Part shown: one piece after another, positions 24,765-38,212 of the stretch
How positions within the stretch are numbered: position 1 is the stretch's first letter
Layout of the letters: each line of letters begins with the position of its first letter
Assembly (NCBI RefSeq): GCF_018350175.1
Contig: NC_058368.1
Location: 154,196,001 to 154,260,000, forward strand
Reading direction: 5' to 3'
Source of the DNA: Felis catus
Taxonomy: Eukaryota
Length of the DNA stretch: 64,000 nt
The notes under the pieces: model-generated
What the model was told of the DNA's origin: nothing
The model's database searches: none
The model's input: the letters and a program-made list of their open reading frames with translations, nothing else
Translations under genes and position numbers: made by a program

Positions 24765-27700
24765 TTTTATTTTTAAAGCAGTTTAAGATTCACAGAAAAA
24801 TTGGGGGCAGGTACAGAGGCTTCCCACATACTGCAACCTCACATATGTATATAGTCCCCCATTATTAACATCCATCAGATGGATTTGTTACAACTGATGT
24901 AACTACATTAATAAACATCAATAATCACGCTAGTCCATAGTTTACTTTTGAGTTCATTCTTTGTGTTTTATTCTCTATGGGTTTGGAAAAGTATGTAATG
25001 AGGTGTATTTACCACTTTAGTATCATAAAAGAGTTTTTTCACTCCTCTAAAAATCCTCTGTACTCCATCTATATAATCGTCTCTATCCACCACCTCAAGC
25101 CCTGGGAACCACTGATCTTTTCATTTTCTTCACAGTTTGTCTTTCCCAAAATGTTATGTGGTTAGAAATTTACAGTAGATAGCCTTTGCAGATTGTCTTC
25201 TTTTGACCTAATAATATGCACCTAAGGTTCTTCCATATTTCCTCAGGGCTTGATAGCTCACTTCTTTTTAACACTTGATAGTAATCAGTTTTGTAGATAT
25301 ACCACAGTTTATTCACTCATCAGCTGAAGGGCATCTTGGTAACTTCCAAATTTGGGCAAATATGAATAAAGCTGCTATGAATATTCGTGTGTGTATTTTT
25401 GTGCATAAGTTTTCACCTCCTTTGGGTAAAAACCAAGGAGCGTGATTTAGGTCTTTCTCAATCTGTATGCTTTGTATTTCCTTTGCTTGTCATACTGCGT
25501 TAGCTAGAGCTTCCAGTATGATGTTGAAAATGACTTGTGGGAGGGGACATCCTTGCTTTGTTACTGATTGTAATGAGAAAGCTTAGTTTTCTTATGTATA
25601 ATGGAAGCTCTAGGTTTTTTGTAGATCTTGATTCAGTTGGGTAAGTTCCCTCTGAGTTTACTGAGTCTTCATTATGAATGGCTGTGGATTTTATCAAATA
25701 CTTTTTCTGCATCCATTGATATGGACACATGATTTTCTTTTTTAGCTTATTGATGTGATGGATTACCCTCATTAATTTCAAGTATATAACAGCCTTGCAT
25801 ATCTGGGATAAACACTGCTTAATCATGATTTACAATTCTTATTATACTGTATTTATTTCAATTTGTTATTCTTTTTAGGATTTTTACATCTCTGTCCATG
25901 AGAGATACTTTTTTATAAGGGTTTTGTTTGTTTTTTTTTTTTTGCAATGTCTTTGTTTGATTTTGATATTAAGAGCTAAGATAACTCATAAAATGAGTTA
26001 CAAAGTATTGCCTCTTCTTCTATCCTATTAAAGAGATACAGAGAATAGGTATAATTTCTTCCTTAAATGTTTGGTGGAATTCACCATTGAAACTGTCTGG
26101 GCCTGGTGCTTTCTGTTTTGGAGGGTTATTAATTATTCATTTAATTTCTTTAATAGATATAGGCCTGTTCAGATTGCCTATGTGAATTTTGAATTGCCTA
26201 TGACTTTCAAGGAATTCCAATTCCTGCAGGCTATCAGACTTGAGTTGTTCAGAATATTTCTTCATGATTCTTTTAATGCCCATAGAAACCTTACTGGTCC
26301 TTCCTCTTTCAATTGTGATGTTAGTAATTTGTGCCCTTCTTTTCTTTCCTTAACCTGACTACTGTATCTGTTTTATTGATATTTTCAAGGAGCTAGATTT
26401 TGGTTTTGCTGATTTTCCCTATTGATCCCCTGTTACCAATTTCACTGATTTCTATTTTTGCTATTATGTTTTTTCCTGCTTACTTTGGATTGATTTGCTT
26501 TCCTATTTTTCATTTCCCAAAGTGAACACTTGGATTATTGGTTTTATATCTTCTTTTCTAATGGATACATTATATGCTGCAATATTCCCTCTAAGCAGTG
26601 CTTTTGCTGCATCCCACACATTCTGATAAATTGTTTTCATTTTTATTTAATGCCCCAAATTTTAAATTTCTCAGTATTTCTTCTTGAATGGTGTATAGTT
26701 TAGAAGTGTGTTGTTTAATCTCACATATTTTGGCATATGGCAGTTACCTTTGTGTTATTAAGTTCTAGTTTAATTCATTTGTGATCTGAAAGCATATGTT
26801 GTTTTCCATTCTTTTAAATTTATTAAGATGTGTTTTGTGACCCAGAGTGTGGTCTGTATTTATGTGAGTTTGAGAAGAATGTGTATTCTGCTATCGTTGG
26901 ATGAAGTAGTCTTTAGATGTCAATTATATCCAGTTTGATTGATGGTATTGAGTTCAACTATGTACTTACTGGTTTTCTGCCTGCTGGGTCCAGTAATTTC
27001 TGATAGAGGGATGTTGATAAATTCCCAACCATGATAGTGAATTCATCTATTTCTCTTTGTAATTCTATTAGCTTTTGTCTCACATAGTGTGAGACTCCTT
27101 TTTTGGATGCGTGGTTAATGATCATTTTGTCATCTTGGAGAATTGATCTCTTTATAAATACACACCCATTTTTTTATCCCTGATAACTTTCCTTACTTAG
27201 CAGTTTGCTTCCTGAAATTAATATAACTATTTCTGAATTCTTTTAATTAGTGTTAACTTAGTATATTTTCCTTCATCCATTTACTTTTAATCTATGTGTG
27301 TTGTCATGTTTAAAGTTGGTTTCTTGTAAACAACATATAATTGAGTCATTTTTTAATCTATTATGTTAATCTCTTTTAACTGTTATATTTAGACTATTGA
27401 TTTTCAAATTGAGTATTGATATATATGGACTAATATCTACCATATTCATTACTTTTTAATGATTTCTGTCTTTGTTCTTAATTCTTGTTTTAGTCTTCCA
27501 CTCTTTTTCTGACTTTTGTGGTTTTTAACTGAGAATTCTCTGATTCCATTTAATCTCTTTCTTAGCATATCAGTGATATTCCATTAAAAAATAATGGTTG
27601 CCCTAGTGTTTGCAATATATATTTACAGCTATTCAAGTCCACTTTCAGATAACATTATATTACCAGGTAGTGTGAATACCTCATAATAACTCAAATATCC

Positions 27701-29615
27701 TAATTTTCCCATTTTGTTCATTCTTTCATTGTCATCATTGTGCTTATAAGCGTATATAAGCATGCTATGTACATAAGCATACATAATCAATTACATTGTT
27801 TTAATTATATTATTTTAAACAAAGTGTTTACTGTCAAATTAAGAATAATAAAAATTAAATTATTTTATCTTCGCTTACCCTTCAGTGGCTTTCTTTTGTT
27901 TATGCAGATCTGAGTTTTCACCTATATCATTTTCTTCCTCTCTGAAAATCTTTTAACATTTCTTGCCAAGTAGGTCAACTGATAACAAATTCCTTTATGA
28001 CTTAATGCACGTATGAGGACAACTTTGCAGGGTAGAGAACTTTAGGTTAATAGCTTTTCTCTCAACAATTAAAATATTTCACTCCACTCCTTTCTTGCAT
28101 GAATACTTTCTGAGAATGATAGTTCCCGCCTTTGGTCTTCTATGTATAAGGTGTATTTCCCTCTGACTCCTTTCTGGATTTTTACTTTATCTTAGATTTT
28201 CTCAAGCTTGGAAATGATATACCTAGGTGTTAAATGTCGGGACATGTGTTCTGCTTGGTGCTCTCTGAGCTTCCTGGGTTTGTGGCTTGATGCCTGACAT
28301 TAATTTGAGGGAATTTCTGTTATTATTCTTCCAAATATTTTATTTATTGCTTTCTTTATTTCTTTTTGCTAGTATTCCCATTATATACATGTTATACCTT
28401 TTGTAGTTGTCCTATTGTCTTAGTTCTTCTTTTTTTTTCCCAGTCTTCTATGTGCTGTTTTCATAGATTCTATTGATCTTCTCACTCAGAAATTCCTCCC
28501 TGAGTGGCATCTTGTCTACTAATAACCCCATCTGAGACCTTCTTTGTTTCTATTACAATGTTTTTTACCTTCAGCATTTCTTTTTAGCTGCTTCTTAGCA
28601 TTTCCTTCTCTCTGCTTACATTGCCCATCTGTTCTTGTGTGTTGTGTATTTTACTCATTAGAGACTTTAGCATGTTAATTATAGTTGTTTTAAGTTCCCA
28701 CTCTGCTAATTCTGACATCTCTGCATGTCTGGTTCTGATAGTTGCTCTATTCCTTCGCGCGCGCACGCGCGCGCGCGCGCGCGCGGTGTGTGTGTGTTTT
28801 CTTTTGTTACACCTTTTAGTTTTTTCTTGGTAGCTGTACATGATATACTGGGTAAAGGGACTTTTATAAATTGGCCTTTGGTGATGCGTTGGTGAAATGT
28901 AGGATTATGAGAAGTGTTCTATAGTCCTATGATGAGGTTACAGTGTTTAAATGATCCCTGCGCTTCTGGACTGTGAACTTGACAAGAGTTTCTCAGGACT
29001 TTTCTCCCCTCTTAGATGGTGCAGAATGGATAGAGCTGACTGGAGTTGGGTATTTCCCTCCCCTTGGGATAGTTAAATTTTAACAGTAGTCCAACATACT
29101 GGTTGGACTGGTTAACTAGTGTACTCTTAGGGAAGGCCTTGCTCCTTAGGGAAGGATAAAGTACTCTATAATTAAAAACTTTTTTTTTTTCTCATTTTCA
29201 TGCCAAAAGCAGAAGGGAATTTTTCTTCCATATGTACTATGGAAACCTGGTCAAGTTTCTGTAGTAAATTTGACAATATTTTCCACCCGTCCCTTGACTG
29301 AACCCCCTGGTGCCTTTAACCATGAGATTTGTTCACATTAAGCCTACACCAATTTTTCAATTACATTTCAGGTTTTCCTACTACACCTCTAGTTTACTAC
29401 GTGGTTTCTGCCTGTGAACTCTACTCTGGTAAGTTGAGACTTCCATATTCATCTTCTGTATGTCCTGACTTAGAAGCAGTGGTTTTCCCTGTGTCCTTTA
29501 CTCTTTTGTGAATGAACCAAGAAGAGTTGATTTTTCAGCCTATGCAGTTTTTACTTGTTTTTTGGGTTGAAGTGGTAACTTCTAGCTCCTCACATGTGGA
29601 AATGATAACGAATTC
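24765..29615 (-). mobile_element. L1MC/L1MD-like element with both ends and an internal ORF2 deletion near 25450
   Basis: 3' end AAAGCAGTTTAAGATTCACAGAAAAATTG; ORF1-like remnant (ELKTTIINMLK...QEQMGNVSREKEML, 28584-28841); 5'-end-like sequence at ~29500-29615. Confidence 0.7.
28756..28797. repeat. (CG)4CA(CG)10(GT)6 alternating purine-pyrimidine tract
   Basis: Direct reading; 14 CpGs in 30 bp. Confidence 0.97.
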
Positions 29616-30744
29616 TGCTATTTACTTTTTCAATTATTGAGTTTTGGGTTTTCTTTATATATTCTGGATGTATTCATTTTACCAGATACACTATTTATAA
29701 ATGTTTCATATTTGCTGAAAGTATATGGCTTGTATTCTTGTTTTTTCAAATGACTTTCAAATGGCAAAACTTGTTAATATTGATAAAATCTAATGTTTTA
29801 TTTATGTTTGTCATGGTACATGGTTTGGGTACAACAAAGACTATTTGTCTTAAGATAAAGTTAAAAATACCTTCTGTTTTCATCTTAAAAGTTTTGTAGC
29901 TTTTGATTTACACTCTATTTTTCATTTTAAGTAATTTTTAAATATGGCAATAAATATAGTTTCAAAGATTTTTTTGCATATATGTAACTAGTGGTTTTAG
30001 CAGTACATGTTAAAATGATTGTCTTTTTCCATAGAACTTTTAAAATATCCATTTGCCATACATGTGTGAATCTATTTCTAGACTCTAGTTTCCATTAGTG
30101 ATCTGTTATGCCAAAATTCCCTTGATTATTATAATTTTATAACACTGAAGTTAAGTAGTTTAAATTCTCTGACTTGGTTCTTTTCTAAACTTATTTTCGT
30201 TATTATAGGTCTTTAAGTTGTTTTGACTATTTCAGATGCTTTACATTTTCATACATATTTTAGAATCAATTTGTCAATTTCTTCAAAAACATCTGCTGAG
30301 ATACTGATTAGCACGATATTGTATCCATAGACCAATCAAGGACAATTTTTTATTTTAAAAGTTGTGAGACTTCATATCATAAACACAATATGCCTTTGCA
30401 TTATTTGGGTCTTTTAAATTTCTCTAAACAGTGTTTTATATTTTCAGTACATGAGTCTGGCACATCTTTTCTTATACTTAACCTTAAGAGATTTTTTTTT
30501 TTACTTTTATGCTGTTATAAATGGTATTTAGTATTTAACTTCAATATAATTGTCCTTTGCTAGAAACAAAATTGATTTTACTTTGTTGATCTTGTATCCT
30601 GTAATGTTACTCACTTTACTTACTAGTTCTATGTTCTAGCTGATTTCATGAGAGTCATGTCCTTTGGAAATAGTTTTACTTCATCTTTTAATTTTATCAT
30701 TTATTCAGGCTTGAATAAGAAAGTACTCTAAAATGTGATAGCTC

Positions 30745-30951
30745 GGGGCGCCTGGGTGGCGCAGTCCGTTAAGCGTCCGACTTTAGCCAGGTCACGATCT
30801 CGCGGTCCAGGAGTTCGAGCCCCGCGTCAGGCTCTGGCCTGATGGCTCAGAGCCTGGAGCCTGTTTCTGATTCTGTGTCTCCCTCTCTCTCTGCCCCTCC
30901 CCCATTCATGCTCTGTCTCTCTCTGTCCCCAAAATAAATAAACGTTAAAAA
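30745..30951 (+). mobile_element. Young felid CanSINE (SINEC_Fc-like)
   Basis: GGGGCGCCTGGGTGGCGCAGTC head; perfect 15-bp TSD AAAATGTGATAGCTC at 30730-30744 and 30952-30966. Confidence 0.97.
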
Positions 30952-31317
30952 AAAATGTGATAGCTCAAAACAATGATTTATTATTGTTTATATTGTGTGT
31001 TGGTGGGGTATTTTTATGTTCGTTTTCCTGGACTCACTCATGTGACTACATCAGAACTTTCTCTGGATTACCCAAGTTTCTCTGGACAAGTTTTTATGGA
31101 CTGAGAAAATTTCTTGGGTGATTCATTTCTTAGGAAAAAGAAAAGAAGTCTAAGACATCTTGATGGGAGAAGCCACAGAGAATATTTCTATGTTTATCAG
31201 AGTATTAATATATTATATTTTTACATATTGCTTGATTCTATTAATATTTTATGTAAATTTTGCTCAGTATTTTTTGAGGATTTTTGCCTAACAAACTGTG
31301 TTGCATAGTTGTAAAAA

Positions 31318-31399
31318 AATATAATATAATATAATATAATATAATATAATATAATATAATATAATATAATATAATATAATTAATATAATATAATATAAT
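31318..31399. repeat. (ATAAT)n pentanucleotide microsatellite
   Basis: Direct reading. Confidence 0.97.
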
Positions 31400-31917
31400 G
31401 AAATATCTATGGGTATTATTCATCTAATATTAATTAATCTCTTGAAGTTCTACAGAGATATTCCATCTTTTTTGTTGATAGTCGTTATTCCCTTTTTCTA
31501 CTTGATCATTCTTGCAAGGTAGTTATTTTATTAATTTTTGTTTAAGAATCAACTTTTGACTTTCTTGATTTTCAGTGCTATTTTCTATCTCAATGATTTG
31601 TCTTCTTTACCTATGTGTTTGCTTCTTTCATGTATTTTTGTTCATTTTGTTTTTTTATTGCATCCTTTGAAGAAGGATTAAATAATTTGTTTCCAGAAAC
31701 ATTAAAATTACTATTTTTTATTTTTAGCTCTTAACAAAATTTCAGATTTTTATACATTGTGTTTTTTTATATCATTTGCTTTAAAATGTGTCCCAATCTT
31801 TTAGTTTTACTCTGACTCATGGACTATTAAGAATTGTATTGTTTAATCTTTAAAATTTGTGTGTGTTTACATATATTTTATTATTTCTAATTCAGTGTCT
31901 TTCAAGTTCTGAAAGTA

Positions 31918-32143
31918 GGGGCGCCTGGGTGGCACAGTCGGTTAAGCGTCCGACTTCAGCCAGGTCACGATCTCGGCGGTCCATGAGTTCTAGCCCCGCG
32001 TCAGGCTATGGGCTGATGGCTCGGAGCCTGGAGCCTGTTTCCGATTCTGTGTCTCCCTCTCTCTCTGCCCCTCCCCCGTTCATGCTCTGTCTCTCTCTGT
32101 CCCAAAAATAAATAAACGTTGGGAAAAAAATTATAAAAAAAAT
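31918..32143 (+). mobile_element. Young felid CanSINE (SINEC_Fc-like)
   Basis: Perfect 14-bp TSD AAGTTCTGAAAGTA at 31904-31917 and 32144-32157. Confidence 0.97.
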
Positions 32144-32304
32144 AAGTTCTGAAAGTATATTCTTTATCATTTCAATCTTTTGAGCTTGATTGAGACTTGT
32201 TTTATGGATTAGCACAGGGTCTGTCTTGGTAAGTGTTCCATATGCACTTAAAAATAATGTGTTTCCTGCCATAGTTGAAAATAACATGCAAGAAATTGGG
32301 TCAT

Positions 32305-33005
32305 AGTTGGCATTTTCTTACAAAACTAAACATATCCTTACCACATGGCCCAGCAATTGCCCTCCTAGGTATTTATCCAAAAAATTGAAAACTTATGTCC
32401 ATATAAAAAATTGCACATTAATGTTTATGATGTATTTATTCCTAATTGCCCAAACTTGGAAGCAACCAAGATGTCATTCAGTAGGTGCACAAGTAAACTA
32501 TGGTACATCCAGGAAATTGATTATTATTAAATAGTAAAAAGAACAGAGGTAGCAAGCCATGAAGAAACACAGAAGAATCTTAAATGTGTATTACTAATTC
32601 GAAAAAGGAAATGTGTAAAAGTTACACACTGTATGATTTCTACTATATAATATTCAGAGAAAAAACTATAGAGACATTAAAAAGTAGTGACAGGTATTGG
32701 AGGTGGGGATCAGATACAAATGAACAGAAGATTCTTAGGGAAATAAATATACTCTATATGATGTAAAAATTATTATATGTCATTTTACTTTGCTCAAACT
32801 CATAGAATGCACCACTCCAAAGATAGGACTTAGAGTGATTATAATGTGTCATTGTAGGTTCGCTTTTGATGATAATGGACCATTCTGGTGAATGATGTTA
32901 ATAATGAGGAAGGCTATGCATGTGTAGGGCAGAAATGAGAACTCTTTGTTCTTCTCAACTTTGTTATAAACCTAATATTTCTCTAAGAAAATAGTCTTAA
33001 AAAAT
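32305..33005 (+). mobile_element. 5'-truncated L1MC-like 3' end
   Basis: CCCAGCAATTGCCCTCCTAGGTATTTATCCAA, TGGAAGCAACCAAGATGTC and A tail; TTGGGTCAT flanks both sides (32296 and 33012). Confidence 0.8.
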
Positions 33006-35198
33006 AATGCGTTGGGTCATTACGGTTATAAATGTTTCCTTTTTTATATCCTTACATTCTTTTTATATCCTTACGAATTATTGAGAGAGAGAGGAGTATT
33101 AAAGTTTTAAGTATGTTAGATTTGTGTATTTTCCCCCATTAGTCTTTTAGTTGACAAGAAGTGATTAGAATATAGTTATATTTTAAATCTACAGCCAATA
33201 GGATTTGAAGTTGCCATTTACTTAGTTGAGAAAGAGTTCTGTATGATATCTCCAGATATCAGTGGATCCAAGAGAAAAAGTGGTTTACACTATGTTTGTG
33301 CGTAATATACGTGGATAATGGAAAAAATAATTGAATTGAAAAGTGTGAGGGACTAGAGTTTGGGAAGAATTTCTGAAGTTAATGTGTTATTACTGTGATG
33401 AACTCAAAATTAAATTCTCCCAGAAATCTTTATTCATTAACTATTTTGTGAAAATCTCCTTAGCATTTATATATGCAGCTAAAACATATTATTCAATTTG
33501 TTGACATATTACTTTGATTTACTTCTGTACTTTTTTCTATTTGACTTGGTCTAAGTCTACTTAAATGTTAAGGACAAATATTTGCTCATTATTTTTCATT
33601 TCTGCCTGGTGCCTAGAGATCTCTAATATTTACAAACTATGAATTTTTATTAATCAAAAATACCTGTGTTGAAAGGAATATCAAAGATCATCTAATCTGA
33701 ATGTCATCTATCGTGAGCATCCCAGCTACAAAACACCCACCACGGCATGATCAGTCTTTACTAATAAATTTCCAGTAACAAGAATGCATTCTCCCTTGTG
33801 ACAGTTATTTCCTTTAATGATTGAATACAAAATACTCAGCATTGACTGAATATCTTTTAATTACTTTGTAAAATTAATCAGAATACGGGTACCCATAGTT
33901 TTTAGAAAATACCATGTGTATTAAAATCTGATTCACAAAAAGGGTAACCATGGGCATGATAATTGGCTCTGTTATGTGTTTCAGATTATCTACCCACACA
34001 AGTGTATACACGTAAACACAAACTAACAAATCTGGGCATTAGAATCCTATGTCCACTGTGATCAGAAAGGATTTATTCAACAGTATAGCAGAATATTATT
34101 AAGATTCAACTGAAATTCAACCAGAACTTAATAAGAAAAAATCAATGAATAAATGCATGAATGAATTGAATGACTGAGTGAATTCTCTATTGGCTCATAT
34201 AGCTTATAAACTAGGTAAATCTGACTTATGTCCCAAATGATCACTCAAACTACCAGGATTCCAAATAAGGGAGGGGTGGTTATCCAGGGAAACATGTGCC
34301 TTATATTTGTTTTATTATTGGGGGAAGGGAAGGTGTACAAGAAGATACAATAAATATCCACTAAATTGAACAAGAATTGTAACAAGAAATGGACAGAAAA
34401 TTAATTTCAGTAACAGGGAGAAGCAAGATCAACCAATGGCCTATTTTTTGATAGAACTTGTTCTAGGTTGGTTTCCAAGGGCCTTGATAAAGCAACAGAG
34501 GCAGCAGCAGTGGCCATGGCCTTGTTCTCAAATTGCTTTATTAAGATAGTGATCAAGAATTTCAGTCAGAAATAAAGAAATAAATTCAAGTCATATAGTC
34601 CAGCTGTGCTTTACAGGATATAGATAGCATTTCATTACTGTTACAAAACTATATGCATTATATTATTTATATTTTATATTATTTATATATATAATATATA
34701 TAACATAATATTATGTATATATATCTGCTCAATGTATTTTATTATGCAATACATTATAATAATTTAGTGTACTGTTTATATAAGCCTAGATGTTGCAAGT
34801 ATTATAGTTACCAGCAGATTAACTGCCACTGGTTGTATAATGGTGTTAAAACAATTTTATTAAACATCTTTTGTCAAGAAAATTCATATTACATTTTTTA
34901 CTGTTGAAAAATCCTGATCCCTTTAAACTCACACGATGATCCACTGGTCCAGGATTAAATATTTAGTATTAATTTATTTTTATTGTTCTACAAATGTTTC
35001 TGTTTTTTATTCTTAATATAGGTTTTATTTGATAATAATCTTACTTAAACAAACAGTCTTTCTTGCGCTCTCACGGAATGGTGGTCTCCCCGATTTCTCA
35101 TGGTTCCTTGGTGGGATGGTCACTTAATGATCAAATTAGAGCTCACTCAACCAGATCTGTGGTAACAATAGTTACTAGGCTGCAGTTCTCTTTTTCAG

Positions 35199-35323
35199 AT
35201 TTACAGAACATCCAGGTGGAGTTCATTACTGTGAATCACCCAGCATGGTCCCCTGGCAGCAGATTAAGAAAACAGTCTAAATTAGAGATGGCTGCACTGC
35301 TAAACTTATTCCTCGTTCAAAAT
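35199..35323 (+). other. Candidate spliced exon (125 nt), product unknown
   Basis: Acceptor TTCTCTTTTTCAG, donor AAT|GTAAGG, one open frame; lies in apparently unique sequence; no homology recognised. Confidence 0.25.
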
Positions 35324-36299
35324 GTAAGGCCCCCCTACGTTTAGTCACATACATCTTATCTGTAGTAACCTTCTATCCAGGGAGGTCTCTGTTACTATTT
35401 GCCGCTGCATTTGTACAATACCTAAAATATTTATGAATCTGAAGGTTGAAAAATTACAGATTTGTAGCTAATACATTCCACAGCTGCATCGTCTTGGTTT
35501 GCAAATTTATAACTGGGAATTTACTACTAACAAATTCCAGCTTTTGAACAATTGGATGTATTTCTCCAACTCTCTGTGTTGCCCAATTTCTTTTACTCTC
35601 ACTCCCCAGGCAGGGATGGCTGCAATGGTGGTACAGCCTCTGGGGAGGTAGGGCAGAGGGATGGATGGAACTCTGCCATCAGTCACCAACAGCCCCTCTG
35701 GCTGATTAAGTAGCAGGTGTTAATAGGAACCCAGGGGAGTGCTCTCCAGTTCCCTTTAGCTGGAATGATAGTGACATGATTCAAGGCCTGAAGGGTTTAG
35801 GGCCCTTTTAGGGAGGGGGGACGAAAGTGGACTTGTAAAGTGGAAAATAATAGAAGGGTATGTTGTTTTCAAATGCCCTTCCTAACGCTTGAAAGATAGA
35901 CAGTTTTTGAAGACTTGAACATTGAAAATTCTGATACAGATGTGCCAAACATTAAAAAAAGGAATGAGGGAACATACTAGCCTTTAAAAACACTGCTCAC
36001 TTTATAATTTTGATTTCATTGGAGTAATTGGAGTATAAGATTTCATTGTTTACTAGGTAAATTTACTAGGTAGATAGATGAGGAAATAGATGTTATAAAA
36101 ATAGGGCAGGAAAAATATGGTGGAAAGATGTTATGTTTTGTGAAAAATTACAAAGCTTAAGCTTATAAACAAGATGCATAAAATCAACAGCTGTGATTGA
36201 TAATCCAAATCAGTGATGATTATTAAAACAAAATCTAGAGTTTATTATATTTAATCTGTATAATTCATTTGAATCTCAGGTCTTTCTCAGAAGAGGTTT

Positions 36300-37240
36300 T
36301 AAAACATGAGTTTTAAATTAGATATACACAGTATTTAAATATTTTAAGGACTTCATTGATATTAGCACCACCAGATACTGTCACACTTCCTTCTGTTCAC
36401 TAAATGTCACCCCCCAATTAACTATTACCTGACTGCTGACAGCATTGATCAGTTTTTGCAACTTATACAAAATCTTTTTCATAAATAACTTTTTTCCTTT
36501 ATCTAATACATTATGTAGTCCTTTGTGCCTAGTTTAGTTAACATGTTTGTGAGATTCATGAATACTATGTGCAGTTATAGTTCATTATTACTTTTATATA
36601 ATATATAATTGGGTAAATAAACAGTAAATACTATACAATTGGTGGTTATCGAATCCTTCCCAAATAGATACTAAGTATCTGGAATGTCACCATTCCAGAG
36701 AATCTCTTGTAGTGAGGATAGGTATGCACTTCTATCTGGTATAGGCCTAGGAGTAGAACTCCTAGATCATAGGATACATAGATATTCAACGTTAGTAGAT
36801 ATCACCAAAGAGTTTACTTTCTTACTCCCTTAAATGTCAGAGAGTTTTGGTTGTTGCACATTCTCATAAACGTTATTTTCTTTCTCTTTAATTTTTACAA
36901 TTCTAGTGAGTGCGTAATGGTTTCTCCTTGTGGTTTTTGTTTGCATTTGCCTAATAATGAATAAAATTTACCACTTTTTCTTATATGCATTGGCCACTTG
37001 GATGTCATATTTGAGAACTGTCTTTTCAAGCCTATGGCCCATTTTTTATTTTTTTTGACTTACTGATGAATAAAAATTCTTTATATGTGCTGGATATAAG
37101 TCTTTCTCAGAAATAGATATTGAAAATATCTTCTCTCACACTGAGGCTTTCTTTTTCACATAGTTAATGATATCATTTTCATTAAAAGAATATATTTTAA
37201 TTTAGTCCATTTGTCACTATTTTCTTGTGGTGACACAATT
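36300..37240 (-). mobile_element. Ancient L1ME-like 3' end
   Basis: TGGTTTCTCCTTGTGGTTTTTGTTTGCATTTGCCTAAT and GCTGGATATAAGTCTTT motifs. Confidence 0.7.
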
Positions 37241-37988
37241 CTTATTCAGGTAATATTAGACTCAGAATAACTTGTATGAACTTTGAAAAAATATGAAAGT
37301 ATTTAAGGTTTAGGAGTGGAAAAAAAACAAAAAAATGTGGAAGAGAGTGCACTTATAAAAATTGGTAGATTCATTGAGTGAGATTTGCATTTGTTACCTT
37401 TTAACTTACGAGGACTCCTAGTTCACATAGCATTTCTAAAGCAGAAATGTACATCTCATGAGTCTTGACTCATAAAATAGAATTCAGGGCTTGTACAGTA
37501 ATTGGAAGTGAGGAGAAAAATCTGAAAAAGGAGACACAAAGGGAAAAATTTTTTAAAACTTGTGAATTTTACTCCAGCCCTTGCTAGACCTGTGGATTAG
37601 GTATGGATAGTGAAGACTTTAAGGAGCCATGCAGAAGACAGCAGCTGAGGTAAGGAAATCTAAGTTTTCAACTGTTACCACTAGAGGGAAAAAGAGTTCC
37701 TAGTTCTAGTCTAGTCAAGTTGACAGTTTAGAAAGGTAGATAAAAGAATCCAGAATTTCCACAAAGTATGTGGACAATGGAAAAATAAAATGAGGGGACA
37801 TGTGAGAAGTAGGAAAATGTGACCCATAGCCAAAAAACCACACAAATCAATAGAAATAAGAATCAAAATGACAAGAGTTGTAATTAAGACTAAGTTTTAA
37901 GGCAATTGTTATAAATATGTCCAAGAAAATAAAGAAAATTTTGAAATACTAAAAAAAAAAAGAAATTTAAGCTTAGAAGTCAAATATA

Positions 37989-38180
37989 GGGGCACCTGTG
38001 TGGGTCAGTCAGTTAAGCATCCATTTCCTTTTTGGCTCAGGTCATAATCTCATCATTTGTGAGTTCTAGTCTTGCATCTCTCTTTGTGCTGACAGGGTAG
38101 GACCTGCGTGGGACTCTCTGTCTCCCCTTCTCTCTGCCCTCCCCTCCTGTCTCTCAAAAATAAATAAACCTTTAAAAAAA
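37989..38180 (+). mobile_element. Older CanSINE
   Basis: GGGGCACCTGTGTGGGTCAGTC head, CT tract, A tail, degenerate TSD. Confidence 0.88.
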
Positions 38181-38212
38181 AAAGTAAAATAGATAAAAGA
38201 AGGATAAATGGA

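Larger units (their letters stand above)
23920..33150 (-). mobile_element. Very old L1M (L1ME-like) backbone interrupted by several younger insertions
   Basis: Antisense L1 3'UTR and ORF2 motifs at ~23920-24760 resume at ~29620-30700, ~31200-31900, ~32160-32280 and ~33020-33150. Confidence 0.6.

Noticed and set aside
29088..29110. Short hairpins (AGTCCAAC/GTTGGACT here; similar 8-10 bp stems at ~36750 and ~39732)
   Set aside because: Stems of 8-10 bp are expected by chance in 64 kb
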